DNA from: Spirochaetia bacterium
GTDB taxonomy: Bacteria; Spirochaetota; Spirochaetia; SZUA-6; Bin103
Direction of reading: 5' to 3'
Assembly (NCBI GenBank): GCA_965199955.1
Contig: CBDATQ010000001.1
Coordinates: forward strand, 1,504,001 to 1,568,000
DNA: 64,000 bases
Made by a program: the position numbers and the translations under genes. Positions within the stretch are counted from its first letter, which is position 1. Every line of letters starts with the position of its first letter. The notes under the pieces were generated by a model. That model had not been told where the DNA came from and did not search any database. It was given only the letters and a program-made list of their open reading frames with translations. Below, piece after piece: positions 49,830-59,071 of this stretch.

Positions 49830-50993
49830 ATGAGGATCGATGCCGACCGGTTGTGGGACAGCCTGATGCGCATGGCGCAGATCGGCGCGACCGAACGGGG
49901 AGGGGTCAATCGACAGACGCTCACCGATCTGGACCGCGAGGCGCGCGACCTGTTCATCGCCTGGTGCCGTGACGCCGGCTGCGCCATCCGCATCGACGCG
50001 ACCGGCAACATCTTCGCCCGCCGGGCCGGCCGGCACCCTGGCCACCGGGCCGTCCTTGCCGGCAGCCATCTCGACACCCAGCCGGCCGGCGGCAAGTTCG
50101 ACGGCGCGTACGGCGTGCTCTCAGCGCTGGAGGTGGTGCGCACCCTCAACGACCTCGACCTGGAGACCGAGGGACCGATCGAGATTGTCTCGTGGACCAA
50201 CGAGGAGGGTTCCCGCTTCGCGCCGTCGATGATGGGATCGGGGGTGTTCGCGGGCCAGTTCGACCCGCACGGGATCGACGCGACCATGGGTACGGATGGA
50301 CGCAGTTTCGGCGTCGAACTCGAACGGATCGGCTATCGCGGTGCGGATCGCGTGTCGGTGGACGAGGTCGCGGCGTACTTCGAGCTCCACATCGAGCAGG
50401 GGCCAGGAGGCGCATGCCGGCACGACGCCGATGGAAACGCGCAGGGACGCGCTGCTCGGCGCTGCCCGGATTTCGGAGGTGGTCGATCGCATCGGACGCG
50501 AGCATCCGCCCGGTGGGTGCTCGACTGTCGGCCAGCTCGACGTCCACCCGACTCGCGCAACACCATTCCCGGGCGCGTGCGCTTCACCGTCGACCTGCGG
50601 CATCCAGAGGAAGCCCGGCTTTCCTTGATGCGGTCCGCCCTGGAAGCGAAGGCGGCGGCGATCTGCTCGGCGGCGGGACTGCACCTGGAGCTGGAGGAGA
50701 TCTGGCACCAGTCTCCGCTGCACTTCGATGCGGGATGCATCGAGGCGGTGCGCCGCGGAGCCGCCGCGGTCGGGTGCGGCGCCATGGAGATCGTGTCCGG
50801 CGCCGGGCACGACGCCTGCCACATCGCGGAGCGGGCACCGACGGCGATGATCTTCATCCACTGCGCAGGCGGCATCAGCCACAGCGAGCTGGAGGACGCC
50901 GCCCAGGGAGGACTGTGCCGCAGGCTGCAAACTGCTGCTGTACGCCGTGACCGAGCACGCCAACGCCATGTGATCGATGCTCTCCGGCGCTGA
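49830..50993 (+). pseudogene. M20 Zn amidohydrolase (N-carbamoyl-amino acid/beta-ureidopropionase-like), deleted and frameshifted
   Basis: GSHLDTQP.GGKFDG, WTNEEG, ELHIEQGP abutting an out-of-frame QEAHAGTTPM, SGAGHDA. Confidence 0.87.
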
Positions 50994-51016
50994 ACCGAAG
51001 CACTTCGGATCAATAG

Positions 51017-51047
51017 TTGACAATCCGAATAGATTGTGATGTACATT
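51017..51047 (+). promoter_or_regulatory. Putative TA promoter with operator palindrome
   Basis: TTGACA at 51017, inverted repeat ACAATC-n6-GATTGT, TACATT at 51042 (19-nt spacer, long). Confidence 0.5.
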
Positions 51048-51060
51048 GCGTCTGAGACGG

Positions 51061-51303
51061 ATGGCCAGAACGATCACGGTCCGGCTGGATGACGCCACGT
51101 ACGAGATGATCCGGAGCGCCGCGCGCGGAGACCGCCGCAGCGTCGCGAACTTTCTCGAGTACGCCGCCGTTTCCTTCGTGGCGCAGCACGCCCAGGTGTC
51201 GGACGAGGAGATGGACGAGCTGCTCGGGGATGCCGACCTCGCACGCGAGTTGGAGGAAGGCCGCGCGGACTACCGCGAGCACCGGTACCGGGTTGTCGAC
51301 TGA
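51061..51303 (+). CDS. RHH/CopG-type antitoxin
   Basis: MARTITVRLDDATYEMIRSAA..DRRSVANFLE. Confidence 0.8.
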   Translation: MARTITVRLDDATYEMIRSAARGDRRSVANFLEYAAVSFVAQHAQVSDEEMDELLGDADLARELEEGRADYREHRYRVVD

Positions 51304-51586
51304 GTACACGATCGTCGAGACCGAGGGCTTCCAGAAGCGCATCGAGCGACAGGAGTTCCGGCATCTCTACTCGCGCGTTCGCCGCTACGTGTACCCGCAA
51401 CTACGCGCCAGTCCCTTCTATGGCCCCAATATCAGGAAGCTGCGGGGTCGGTACGCGGACTACTACCGGTATCGAGTCGGGGCCTACCGGCTGTTCTACT
51501 TCGTCGACCAGGACCGCATCTGCGTGGTCGTGGGTCACGCTGAGACATCGGCGCGACGCGTATCGGTAGAATGCCGCCAACCATGA
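51293..51586 (+). pseudogene. RelE/ParE toxin with a 3' frameshift
   Basis: NIRKLRG...YRYRVGAYRLFY; the canonical tail TLRHRRDAYR* is out of frame. Confidence 0.75.
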
Positions 51587-54327
51587 GTTCATCCGGAACC
51601 GATACGGTGTTGCGTTCCGACATCAGGCTGCTCGGCAACTTGCTGGGGCAGACCCTGGTCCGGCAGCACGGGCCGCAGCTCCTGGAGCTGGTGGAGCGGG
51701 TGCGCACGCTGAGCAAGCAGTCGCGCGACCCAGCGGCGGGAAGCGGCGCGCGCGCTGAGCTGACCTCCCTTCTGGAGGGCCTGGACATCGCCGACACCAC
51801 CAACCTGGTGCGTGCCTTCTCCACCTTCTTCCACTTGGCGAACGTCGCCGAGCAGACCCACCGCGTCGGCGAGCACGGACCGCGCAGCGGGGTCGGCCGC
51901 GGCCGGCTGCGCGCCCTGTTCGACCACATCGAGGGAGATGACGAGCGGTGCGCGGCACTGCGCGCGGCGGCGCCCCGCCTGGACGTGCGGCCGGTATTCA
52001 CCGCCCATCCCACCGAGGCGGCGCGCCGCTCCGTGCTGACCAAGCTGCAGCGCATCGGCGAGCTGCTCTACGACCGGGCGGACCCTCGCCAGACGGACGT
52101 CGACCTGGCCCGCATCGAGCGGCGGCTGGCCGAGATGATCGACCTGATTTGGCAGACCGACGAGCTGCGCGTCCACCGCCCGCGCCCGACGGACGAGGCG
52201 CGGGCGGCGGTCTACTACCTGAACGAGATGCTGCGCGAGGTCACCGGCGACCTGTTCGACGAGCTGGACGAGCAGATGCAGCGGGCCGGCATCGAGCTGC
52301 CGGCGCACGCGCGGCCGCTGAACTTCGGAAGCTGGGTCGGCGGGGACCGCGACGGCAATCCGCTGGTCACGGCGGACGTGACCCTGGACGTGCTGGAGCT
52401 GCAGCACGACCACGCCCTGCGCGAGTTGATCGGCGCCGTCGAGGGGTTGTCCGCGGAGTTAAGCAGCTCGGAGCACATCCATGGCGTGTCGGCGGAGCTG
52501 ACCCTCAGCCTGCGCCGCGACCGCCAGGCGCTGCCGGCGACCGACGGCCGCTTCCAGCGCGGCGGCACCGGCGAGAGCTACCGGCTGAAGCTCAACTACA
52601 TCCGCGAGCGGCTGGTGAACACGCGAGCGCGGATCGCCGAGGACACCCGGCACGTGCCGCGCCGCGACTACCGCAGCTCCGCGGAGCTGGTCGCGGAGCT
52701 GGAGATGCTGCAGCGGTCGCTGCGCGCCCACCGGGGCCAGGCGATCGCCGACGGGGCGCTGCGCCGCCTGCTGCGCCGCGCGGCGGCCTTCGGCTTCCAT
52801 CTGGCGACCCTGGACGTGCGCGAGCATGCCGAGAAGCACCACGCCACGCTGGCCGCCCTGTACCGCCGCCTGCCCGACGCACCGGACTACGCACGCATGT
52901 CGCCGGCCGAACGGTTCGATCTGCTGTCCACGGAGCTGCGCAACCGGCGGCCGATCGCGACCGCCGCGACCGATCTGCGCGGTGACCCGGGCCGCACGCT
53001 GGAGACGATGCGGGTGGTCCGCGCGGCGCTCGACCGCTTCGGCGCGCGCGCAATCGAGAGCTACATCGTCTCGGAGACGCTGGGCCCCGATGATCTGCTG
53101 GCAGCGGTGGTGCTGGCGCGCGAGGCAGGGCTGGTCGACATCGCTGCCGGCCGCGCGGTGATCGGATTCGTGCCGCTGTTCGAGACGCCTGAATCGATCC
53201 GGAAGGCAGAGGACACACTTCGCGCCCTGCTGGAGGAGCCGAGCTACCGCGAGCTCCTGCGGCTGCGCGGCGGCCGCCAGGAGGTCATGCTGGGCTACTC
53301 TGACTCGAACAAGCTGGCGGGGATCACCAGCGCCCAGTGGGAGGTGCATCGATGCGTGCGGAGGCTGCGCGACGTGGCCCGCGCGTACGGTGTACCGTTG
53401 CGGTTCTTCCACGGGCGCGGCGGCACGGTCGGGCGCGGCGGCGGCCCGACCGCAGAGGCGATTCTGGCCCAGCCCTGGGGAGCGGTGGACGGCACGATCA
53501 AGATCACCGAGCAGGGCGAGGTGGTGAGCGACAAGTACGGCCTGCCGCGGCTGGCGCGCGACAACCTGGAGCTGACGCTGGCCGCCTCCGTCGAGGCGGC
53601 GGTGCTGCATCGCAGCTCGACCCTCTCGGCGGACGATCTGAACCGGTGGGACGCGGTCATGGACATCACCTCGGGCGCCGCGTACCGGGCCTACCGCGAG
53701 CTGGTCGACCATCCATCCCTCGTCCACTACTTCCTGACCGCCACGCCCGTGGAGGAGCTGGCGTCGCTCAATATCGGGTCGCGTCCGGCGCGGCGTCCGG
53801 GCACGGGCGGCGGCATCGGCGGCATGCGGGCCATCCCATGGGTGTTCGGCTGGACGCAGACCCGCCAGGTCGTGCCGGGCTGGTACGGCGTTGGCAGCGG
53901 CCTGGCCGCCGCGCGTGAGGCCGGGGCGGACGCGCTGAGCGAGATGTACGAGCGCTGGCGCTTCTTCCGGATGTTCATCTCCAACGTGGAGATGACTCTT
54001 GCGAAGACCGACCTGGTGACCGCGCAGCGCTACGTGGAGGCGCTGGTCCCCGCCGAGCACCGGCAGATCTTCGACCTGGTCGCCGCCGAGCACGAGCGGG
54101 CGCTCCAACACGTGCTGGCCACCACCGGCAAGTCGACGCTGCTTGCCGACTACCCGGTGCTCAAGCGGACCCTGGAGGTACGCTCCGCCTATCTGGAGCC
54201 GCTGAACCTGCTGCAGGCGGTGCTGCTGGCCCGACACCGGAGCGCCGGCGCGGTGGACCGGCAGGTCGAGCGGGCGATCCTGCTCACCGTCAACGGCCTT
54301 GCCGCCGGCCTGCGCAATACCGGCTGA
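51583..54327 (+). CDS. ppc: Phosphoenolpyruvate carboxylase
   Basis: VFTAHPTE, WVGGDRDGNP, VPLFET, EVMLGYSDSNK, FHGRGGTVGRGG, RAIPWVFGW, GLRNTG. Confidence 0.97.
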   Translation: MSSSGTDTVLRSDIRLLGNLLGQTLVRQHGPQLLELVERVRTLSKQSRDPAAGSGARAELTSLLEGLDIADTTNLVRAFSTFFHLANVAEQTHRVGEHGPRSGVGRGRLRALFDHIEGDDERCAALRAAAPRLDVRPVFTAHPTEAARRSVLTKLQRIGELLYDRADPRQTDVDLARIERRLAEMIDLIWQTDELRVHRPRPTDEARAAVYYLNEMLREVTGDLFDELDEQMQRAGIELPAHARPLNFGSWVGGDRDGNPLVTADVTLDVLELQHDHALRELIGAVEGLSAELSSSEHIHGVSAELTLSLRRDRQALPATDGRFQRGGTGESYRLKLNYIRERLVNTRARIAEDTRHVPRRDYRSSAELVAELEMLQRSLRAHRGQAIADGALRRLLRRAAAFGFHLATLDVREHAEKHHATLAALYRRLPDAPDYARMSPAERFDLLSTELRNRRPIATAATDLRGDPGRTLETMRVVRAALDRFGARAIESYIVSETLGPDDLLAAVVLAREAGLVDIAAGRAVIGFVPLFETPESIRKAEDTLRALLEEPSYRELLRLRGGRQEVMLGYSDSNKLAGITSAQWEVHRCVRRLRDVARAYGVPLRFFHGRGGTVGRGGGPTAEAILAQPWGAVDGTIKITEQGEVVSDKYGLPRLARDNLELTLAASVEAAVLHRSSTLSADDLNRWDAVMDITSGAAYRAYRELVDHPSLVHYFLTATPVEELASLNIGSRPARRPGTGGGIGGMRAIPWVFGWTQTRQVVPGWYGVGSGLAAAREAGADALSEMYERWRFFRMFISNVEMTLAKTDLVTAQRYVEALVPAEHRQIFDLVAAEHERALQHVLATTGKSTLLADYPVLKRTLEVRSAYLEPLNLLQAVLLARHRSAGAVDRQVERAILLTVNGLAAGLRNTG

Positions 54328-54376
54328 GCGTCATCCGGTGATCTGTCCCGCAAGGGATTGGAAGCAACGTGCGGTC

Positions 54377-54990
54377 CTAAAGCGCCAGTTCGGCGTCGTC
54401 GCGTATGAACGGACGGACGTCGCTGCGGGCCTGATCGAAGTCCACCTGCTCGAAGCGCCGCGTTAGGAGCCGGCGCAGGTGCGCGACGTCGAGGTCTTCG
54501 CCGCCTTGCCAGTGACCGGTCTGCTCCATGCGCGCCTGCAGGTGGCTGACGTCGCGCGGTATCTCCCGGCTCAGGTACCAACAAGGTCGTAGAAGTCGTG
54601 ACCCCTTACCCGCGCCTTCCCGTCGCGGCACAAAATCGCGTGCAGCTTGCCGGCGAACAGACTCGGCAGATCGAACAGCCGTACCTGAAACGGGATCGGT
54701 GTCAGCAGCGTCAGCACCTCGTGGCAGGCGAGGGGCGGTGGGTCGGTGTCCACGTCCAGTCTGATGCGCACCAGTTGCAGCCGTGGGAGCCGTTCCTGCA
54801 GGTAATCCGGCATGCCCACCTGAGCGAGATTGACCCGCATGCCGCCCTTGATGAACGCGGATTCGACGGCGGTGATCACGCGCTTTCTGCGCCGTTCGAC
54901 GCGGAAGTTGAACCCGAACGACGCGAGCTCCCGACGAATCGCTTCGAGGTAGGGTTCGAGGTCGAATCCCTTATTAAGAAAGCTCGTGCC
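54377..54990 (-). pseudogene. AbiEii/AbiGii nucleotidyltransferase toxin remnant
   Basis: VESAFIK, DVDTDPP, DLPSLFAGKLHAILCR...GHDFYDL, frameshift to WYL...DFDQARSDVRPFI; N-terminal GGT/SEDLD region lost. Confidence 0.75.
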
Positions 54991-55048
54991 TCCTGCGGGG
55001 GAGATTCCCATTCTCATGTCGGACGCGGCTGCGGGGCGACGAGGGGCT

Positions 55049-55537
55049 CTAAAAGAACAGAACCAAAAGCACGATGCTGCTCAAGCCAGCAAGCAGGAAT
55101 GTCGCGGCGGCGATGACCCCGGACAGCGTGGCGAAGTCGGCCAGCCGAAAGGTCGCGTCCTCCACCGTGAACAGCACCTGCGAGCGGTCGGTCTCCCCAT
55201 CCACGAACCGCCTCAATCCGGTTTCTGCGCTGTGGGCTTCCTTGACCGAAACGGCGGTCACCAGGATCATCGTCAGGGCCGACGCCAGGGTGCCGAAGCC
55301 GAACAGCACCAGCGTCGCCAGGGCGAGCCAGTGGAACGTGGCAGTCTCATTGCCGCCGGCCGCGCTCATGAAGCCGATGATCAGCGCCACGCCGCCGCCG
55401 TTGCCGAACAGCAGCAGACGCACCGACTCGGTAATCAGCCGGAACATCGAGCTGCGCCGCATGGTGATGACCTTGTACAGCTCGCGCAGCCACTCCTCGC
55501 CGGTCTCCTCGGCGGAGAAATCTTCCAGCTTCTTCAA
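55049..55537 (-). CDS. Hypothetical membrane protein, about 3 TM, last gene of the SPFH operon
   Basis: TTG start a few nt after the upstream stop; LLFGNGGGVALI; three hydrophobic segments. Confidence 0.65.
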   Translation of the reverse strand: MKKLEDFSAEETGEEWLRELYKVITMRRSSMFRLITESVRLLLFGNGGGVALIIGFMSAAGGNETATFHWLALATLVLFGFGTLASALTMILVTAVSVKEAHSAETGLRRFVDGETDRSQVLFTVEDATFRLADFATLSGVIAAATFLLAGLSSIVLLVLFF

Positions 55538-55542
55538 AATCG

Positions 55543-56718
55543 CTACTCCCGTTGGGTCGAGTCATCGGCCCCGAAGTGGGTCAATCTGATGTAGTGGGAG
55601 CCGACATTCGTGCCGGATTCGAAGCGAATGGTCCAGTCATCGATCGCCACGGGATCCGGCGACAACGCGGTGCTCAGAAAGCGGTCACGCGTCAACTCAC
55701 CGTCCATCCGTTCCAGTACATCGATGACGAACCGACCCAAGACATACCCTTCCAGGGACACGGTGTCGATCAGGTGGGGCGCCGACTCGGCGTGCGTGAC
55801 TATCATCGCATCCCGGAACCTTCGGACTAGTGGCCGCATGGTGTCGTCCGGATCCGGCACTACTTCCGTCACCAGGATTCGTTCGTTCGGGTGCTCCACC
55901 GCGCTCCGGAGGTTGTTGGAGCCCACGAAGGACAGGTTGGCGATCACGTATTCATGTCCCAGCGCGTGTGCGAGATTGATGATCAGCGTATTGACGGCGT
56001 AGCTCCCCACGACGAGGATGCCGTCAAGATCAGCCTTCGCCAGCGTGAACAGGCTGGCATGGACCGCGTGCGTGTTCCGAGAAAAGGTAGATCGCGCCAG
56101 CAGTGGGAGGTCGTAACTGTCCAGAACCGCCCGATAGTTCCTGAGCACCGAGCGTCCGAACTCGTCGTCCTGATAAATGATGCCGAACCGCCGGATCCCC
56201 CGCTTTTCGAACATCTCGTCGACCAGCACGCGGGTTTCGTCGAAGTACCCGGCGCGCAAATTCACGACGTTGGGGAACCGCTCGGCGTCGCGCAGGAAAT
56301 CGGCGCCCGTGAACGGGCCGACGAATGGAACCTCCGCAGCTCTCAGGATCGGCGCCAAGCGCTTCGCGGTAGGCGTGCCCACGCCGCCGATGACGGCGAA
56401 GACGTCGTTCCCGTCCACGAACCTGCTGGCATTGGCGGCGGCGAGTTCCGGCTCATACGCATCATCCAGGGGGAGGATTGCGAGCGAACGGCCGCCGACG
56501 CCGCCGCGCGCGTTCCGCTCCGCGAAGGCGGCCTCGATGCCGGCGCGGTAGTGGACTCCAAGATGGAAACTCGGACCCGAGAAGGCGGCGCTCTGGCCGA
56601 ACGTGATAGCGTCGTCGGTCACCCCCGGCTCCGCCGTCGCAGGCAGGGAAACCGCAAGCCGGACGAGGCAGAAGGCCGGCACGGCCCAGCGTCTCAGTCG
56701 GATCGGAAGCTCACTCAT
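55543..56718 (-). CDS. Leu/Ile/Val-type (type I) periplasmic binding protein
   Basis: Signal peptide; FGQSAAFSGP, DDAYEP, GGVGTPT, PFTGA, VNLRAGY, IYQDDEFG. Confidence 0.88.
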   Translation of the reverse strand: MSELPIRLRRWAVPAFCLVRLAVSLPATAEPGVTDDAITFGQSAAFSGPSFHLGVHYRAGIEAAFAERNARGGVGGRSLAILPLDDAYEPELAAANASRFVDGNDVFAVIGGVGTPTAKRLAPILRAAEVPFVGPFTGADFLRDAERFPNVVNLRAGYFDETRVLVDEMFEKRGIRRFGIIYQDDEFGRSVLRNYRAVLDSYDLPLLARSTFSRNTHAVHASLFTLAKADLDGILVVGSYAVNTLIINLAHALGHEYVIANLSFVGSNNLRSAVEHPNERILVTEVVPDPDDTMRPLVRRFRDAMIVTHAESAPHLIDTVSLEGYVLGRFVIDVLERMDGELTRDRFLSTALSPDPVAIDDWTIRFESGTNVGSHYIRLTHFGADDSTQRE

Positions 56719-58132
56719 AATCGCCTTGCGCGCTCTCGTCCGGGGCGGGTGGCGGGTCTGTCGCGTTCTGCTCCACGGTAGGCTGTGCTGCCGGGGCCTG
56801 GTCCGTGGGCGCCTGACCCGTATCGACGCCCGTCACCTGCGCCGCAGCGTGGGCGGCGACGCTCGGTTGCTCCGCGGCCGGCTGTCCGGCTCGGCGGACG
56901 CCGGTGATGTGCCGATGCGTGAAGATCGACGGGTCGTCGAACAGCAGCGACCGGGGGGGCGCGGCACCGTGATCGCGTTCGGTGAGCGGCTCGTGGAACT
57001 GCCCGTCGAGCAGCAGCTTGTCCGCCTCCACGGTCTCGATCGTGTGCATGCCAGGCGGCCGCAGCGTGGGTAGCAGCGGCCGATCCGCGGCCTCGTCCGC
57101 GCGGCCGGCCGCGGTCATGCGATCGGGCGGCATGGCCGCCGGCGGGTACGCGGTGATGCCGTCCAGCATGTTGACATCGATGTTCGCCTCGGCGCCCGGA
57201 CTGACCGCAGCCAAGTGGGCATCGGCAAAGATCGTACGCATGCGCTGCCAGTAGCGCGTGATTGCTACCGGTACCGGCTGCGATCGGTACTCGTCAAGCA
57301 GCGCCGAGAAGGCGGTGGCGCCGGCGCGCGCCTGCAACACGCGTTCCCTGGCCTTCGCCTTCGCACTCAACACCAGCGCATCCGCCTGGCCGCGTGTGTG
57401 AGCGAGGAGTTGTTCCTGTTGCCGGTTGGCTTCACTCACCGTCTGCATGCGCTCGGCGATGGCGTCGTTGACGTCCCGGAACGCGGCGAGGGTCTCGCCG
57501 ATCGGGCGGACTTCGACGATGTTGAGCGAGACGATCTCCAGGCCGATGTCGTAGTCTGTGAGGTGTTCGGCGATCCACTCCGTCAGGTGCCGCTGGATGT
57601 AGTCGCGATTCTGCGTGAAGATCAGATCGACGAAGTTGCTTCCCACGATGTCGACCAGTTGCTCGCGCGCGACCACGGTGAGCAGCCGGTGCGGGTCGGA
57701 TGACGCGTACAGGTATTTCTTCAGGTCGTCGATGCGGTACTGCACGATCAGGTCGATCTCCAGCAGGTTGGTGTCGCCGGACAGGATGGTGAACGCGAGG
57801 GCGCCGGCGGCGTCGCCCTGGCTGGAGATCCGCTGGCGCTCGATGCGCATGACCTTGCGGACGTGCACCTGTTCGACGACGGGGATGCGGTAGTGCAGGC
57901 CGGGCTCGACGACCGCGGCTACCACCTTCCCGAACCGCACGCGGACGCCGCGCTCCTCTTTCTTGACGGCGTAGAATCCGCTGGCCAAAACAGCTGCGAC
58001 GGCCATCGCCACGGCCGCCGCGAGGATTCTGGTCTTGTGCGCCGCCACGTAGTCGAACACCGCATAGATGGCGCGCGTGCTCGGAGGCAGCGGCGCTCCG
58101 TCACTCATCTTCCCGCTCTCGCTCGCGTCCAC
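56711..58132 (-). CDS. HflK-like SPFH protein with a long C-terminal extension
   Basis: TM, SGFYAV..EERGV..RFGK, PGLHY, LSGDTNL, VQYRI, AFRDV..A, AITRYWQRM. Confidence 0.85.
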   Translation of the reverse strand: MDASESGKMSDGAPLPPSTRAIYAVFDYVAAHKTRILAAAVAMAVAAVLASGFYAVKKEERGVRVRFGKVVAAVVEPGLHYRIPVVEQVHVRKVMRIERQRISSQGDAAGALAFTILSGDTNLLEIDLIVQYRIDDLKKYLYASSDPHRLLTVVAREQLVDIVGSNFVDLIFTQNRDYIQRHLTEWIAEHLTDYDIGLEIVSLNIVEVRPIGETLAAFRDVNDAIAERMQTVSEANRQQEQLLAHTRGQADALVLSAKAKARERVLQARAGATAFSALLDEYRSQPVPVAITRYWQRMRTIFADAHLAAVSPGAEANIDVNMLDGITAYPPAAMPPDRMTAAGRADEAADRPLLPTLRPPGMHTIETVEADKLLLDGQFHEPLTERDHGAAPPRSLLFDDPSIFTHRHITGVRRAGQPAAEQPSVAAHAAAQVTGVDTGQAPTDQAPAAQPTVEQNATDPPPAPDESAQGDYE

Positions 58133-58137
58133 TCGCG

Positions 58138-59055
58138 CTACTCCGGTGGCGCGGGGATCCGGTTGGCGTCCAGATACTGGAATAGTTCGCTGTCGGCCGG
58201 CAGCAGGAGGGTGGTGCGGTCGTCGATGATCGAGTCGTAGCTGTCCAGCGCGCGGATGAATTTGTAGAACTCGGGATCCTCGCGGTACGCCGATCCCAGC
58301 AACGCCATCGCCTCTGCCTCCGCCTGGCCCAGAATGGCCGTCGCCTCGGCGTGGGCATCGGCCATCAGCCGCTCGTGCTCGTTGATGGCCAGCGCCTCGA
58401 TGCGGAGCGCCATCTCCTCGCCTTCGCTCCGGTAGCGGGCGGCGATGCGCGCGCGTTCGGCGACCATGCGCAGGATAACGCTCGGACGGTTTTCGGGCGG
58501 CAGCGTGTACTCGATGATGCCCGCCTTGATCACGTCGATGCCGTATGCGGCGTCGGCAATCGGCCGGATCCGGGAGAGGATCTCCCCGGACGCTATGTGG
58601 CGCTCCTCGCGTTGCAGCCCAAGGCTTACGAACGCATCGCGCGACTTGTTGCTGATGACGATGCCGCTGCCGGCGAGGTAGAGGTCACGCAGGCGTTCGA
58701 TGGCGTTGGCCTCGGTGCGGATCGCCTCGACGAACCTGATCGGGTCCGTGACGCGCCAGAGCAGATATCCGTCCACCAGGACGTTCTTCTGATCCTCGGT
58801 GATCAACTCCTGGACCATTCCGTCGAGGGTATGAATGCGCCGGTCGACCTTGTAGATCGTCGCGATGGGACGCGGGATCTTGAGATGCAGGCCGGGTTGG
58901 CGGATAGGAGGCCGGATCTTTCCGAAGTGGGTCAGCACCCCCTGTTCGGCCTCGTCGATGATATAGAAGCTGTCGGCTGCCACCACGAGGACGAGGAGGA
59001 CCGCAATCGCGGCGGCGACTCTCTTCCCTATCTTGCCGTTTCCTTTCTTGCTCAT
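58138..59055 (-). CDS. HflC-like SPFH protein
   Basis: TM, SFYIIDE.EQGV..HFGK, PGLHLK, ITEDQKNV.VD...WRV.DP, RMVAERAR.A..YRSEG, DPEFYKFIRAL. Confidence 0.9.
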   Translation of the reverse strand: MSKKGNGKIGKRVAAAIAVLLVLVVAADSFYIIDEAEQGVLTHFGKIRPPIRQPGLHLKIPRPIATIYKVDRRIHTLDGMVQELITEDQKNVLVDGYLLWRVTDPIRFVEAIRTEANAIERLRDLYLAGSGIVISNKSRDAFVSLGLQREERHIASGEILSRIRPIADAAYGIDVIKAGIIEYTLPPENRPSVILRMVAERARIAARYRSEGEEMALRIEALAINEHERLMADAHAEATAILGQAEAEAMALLGSAYREDPEFYKFIRALDSYDSIIDDRTTLLLPADSELFQYLDANRIPAPPE

Positions 59056-59071
59056 CAGTCGCGTGTTCCTC

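Noticed and set aside
56711..59055. Naming these genes as housekeeping hflK/hflC
   Set aside because: Order, fusion partner and context differ from the canonical hflX-hflK-hflC locus, so symbols were withheld.
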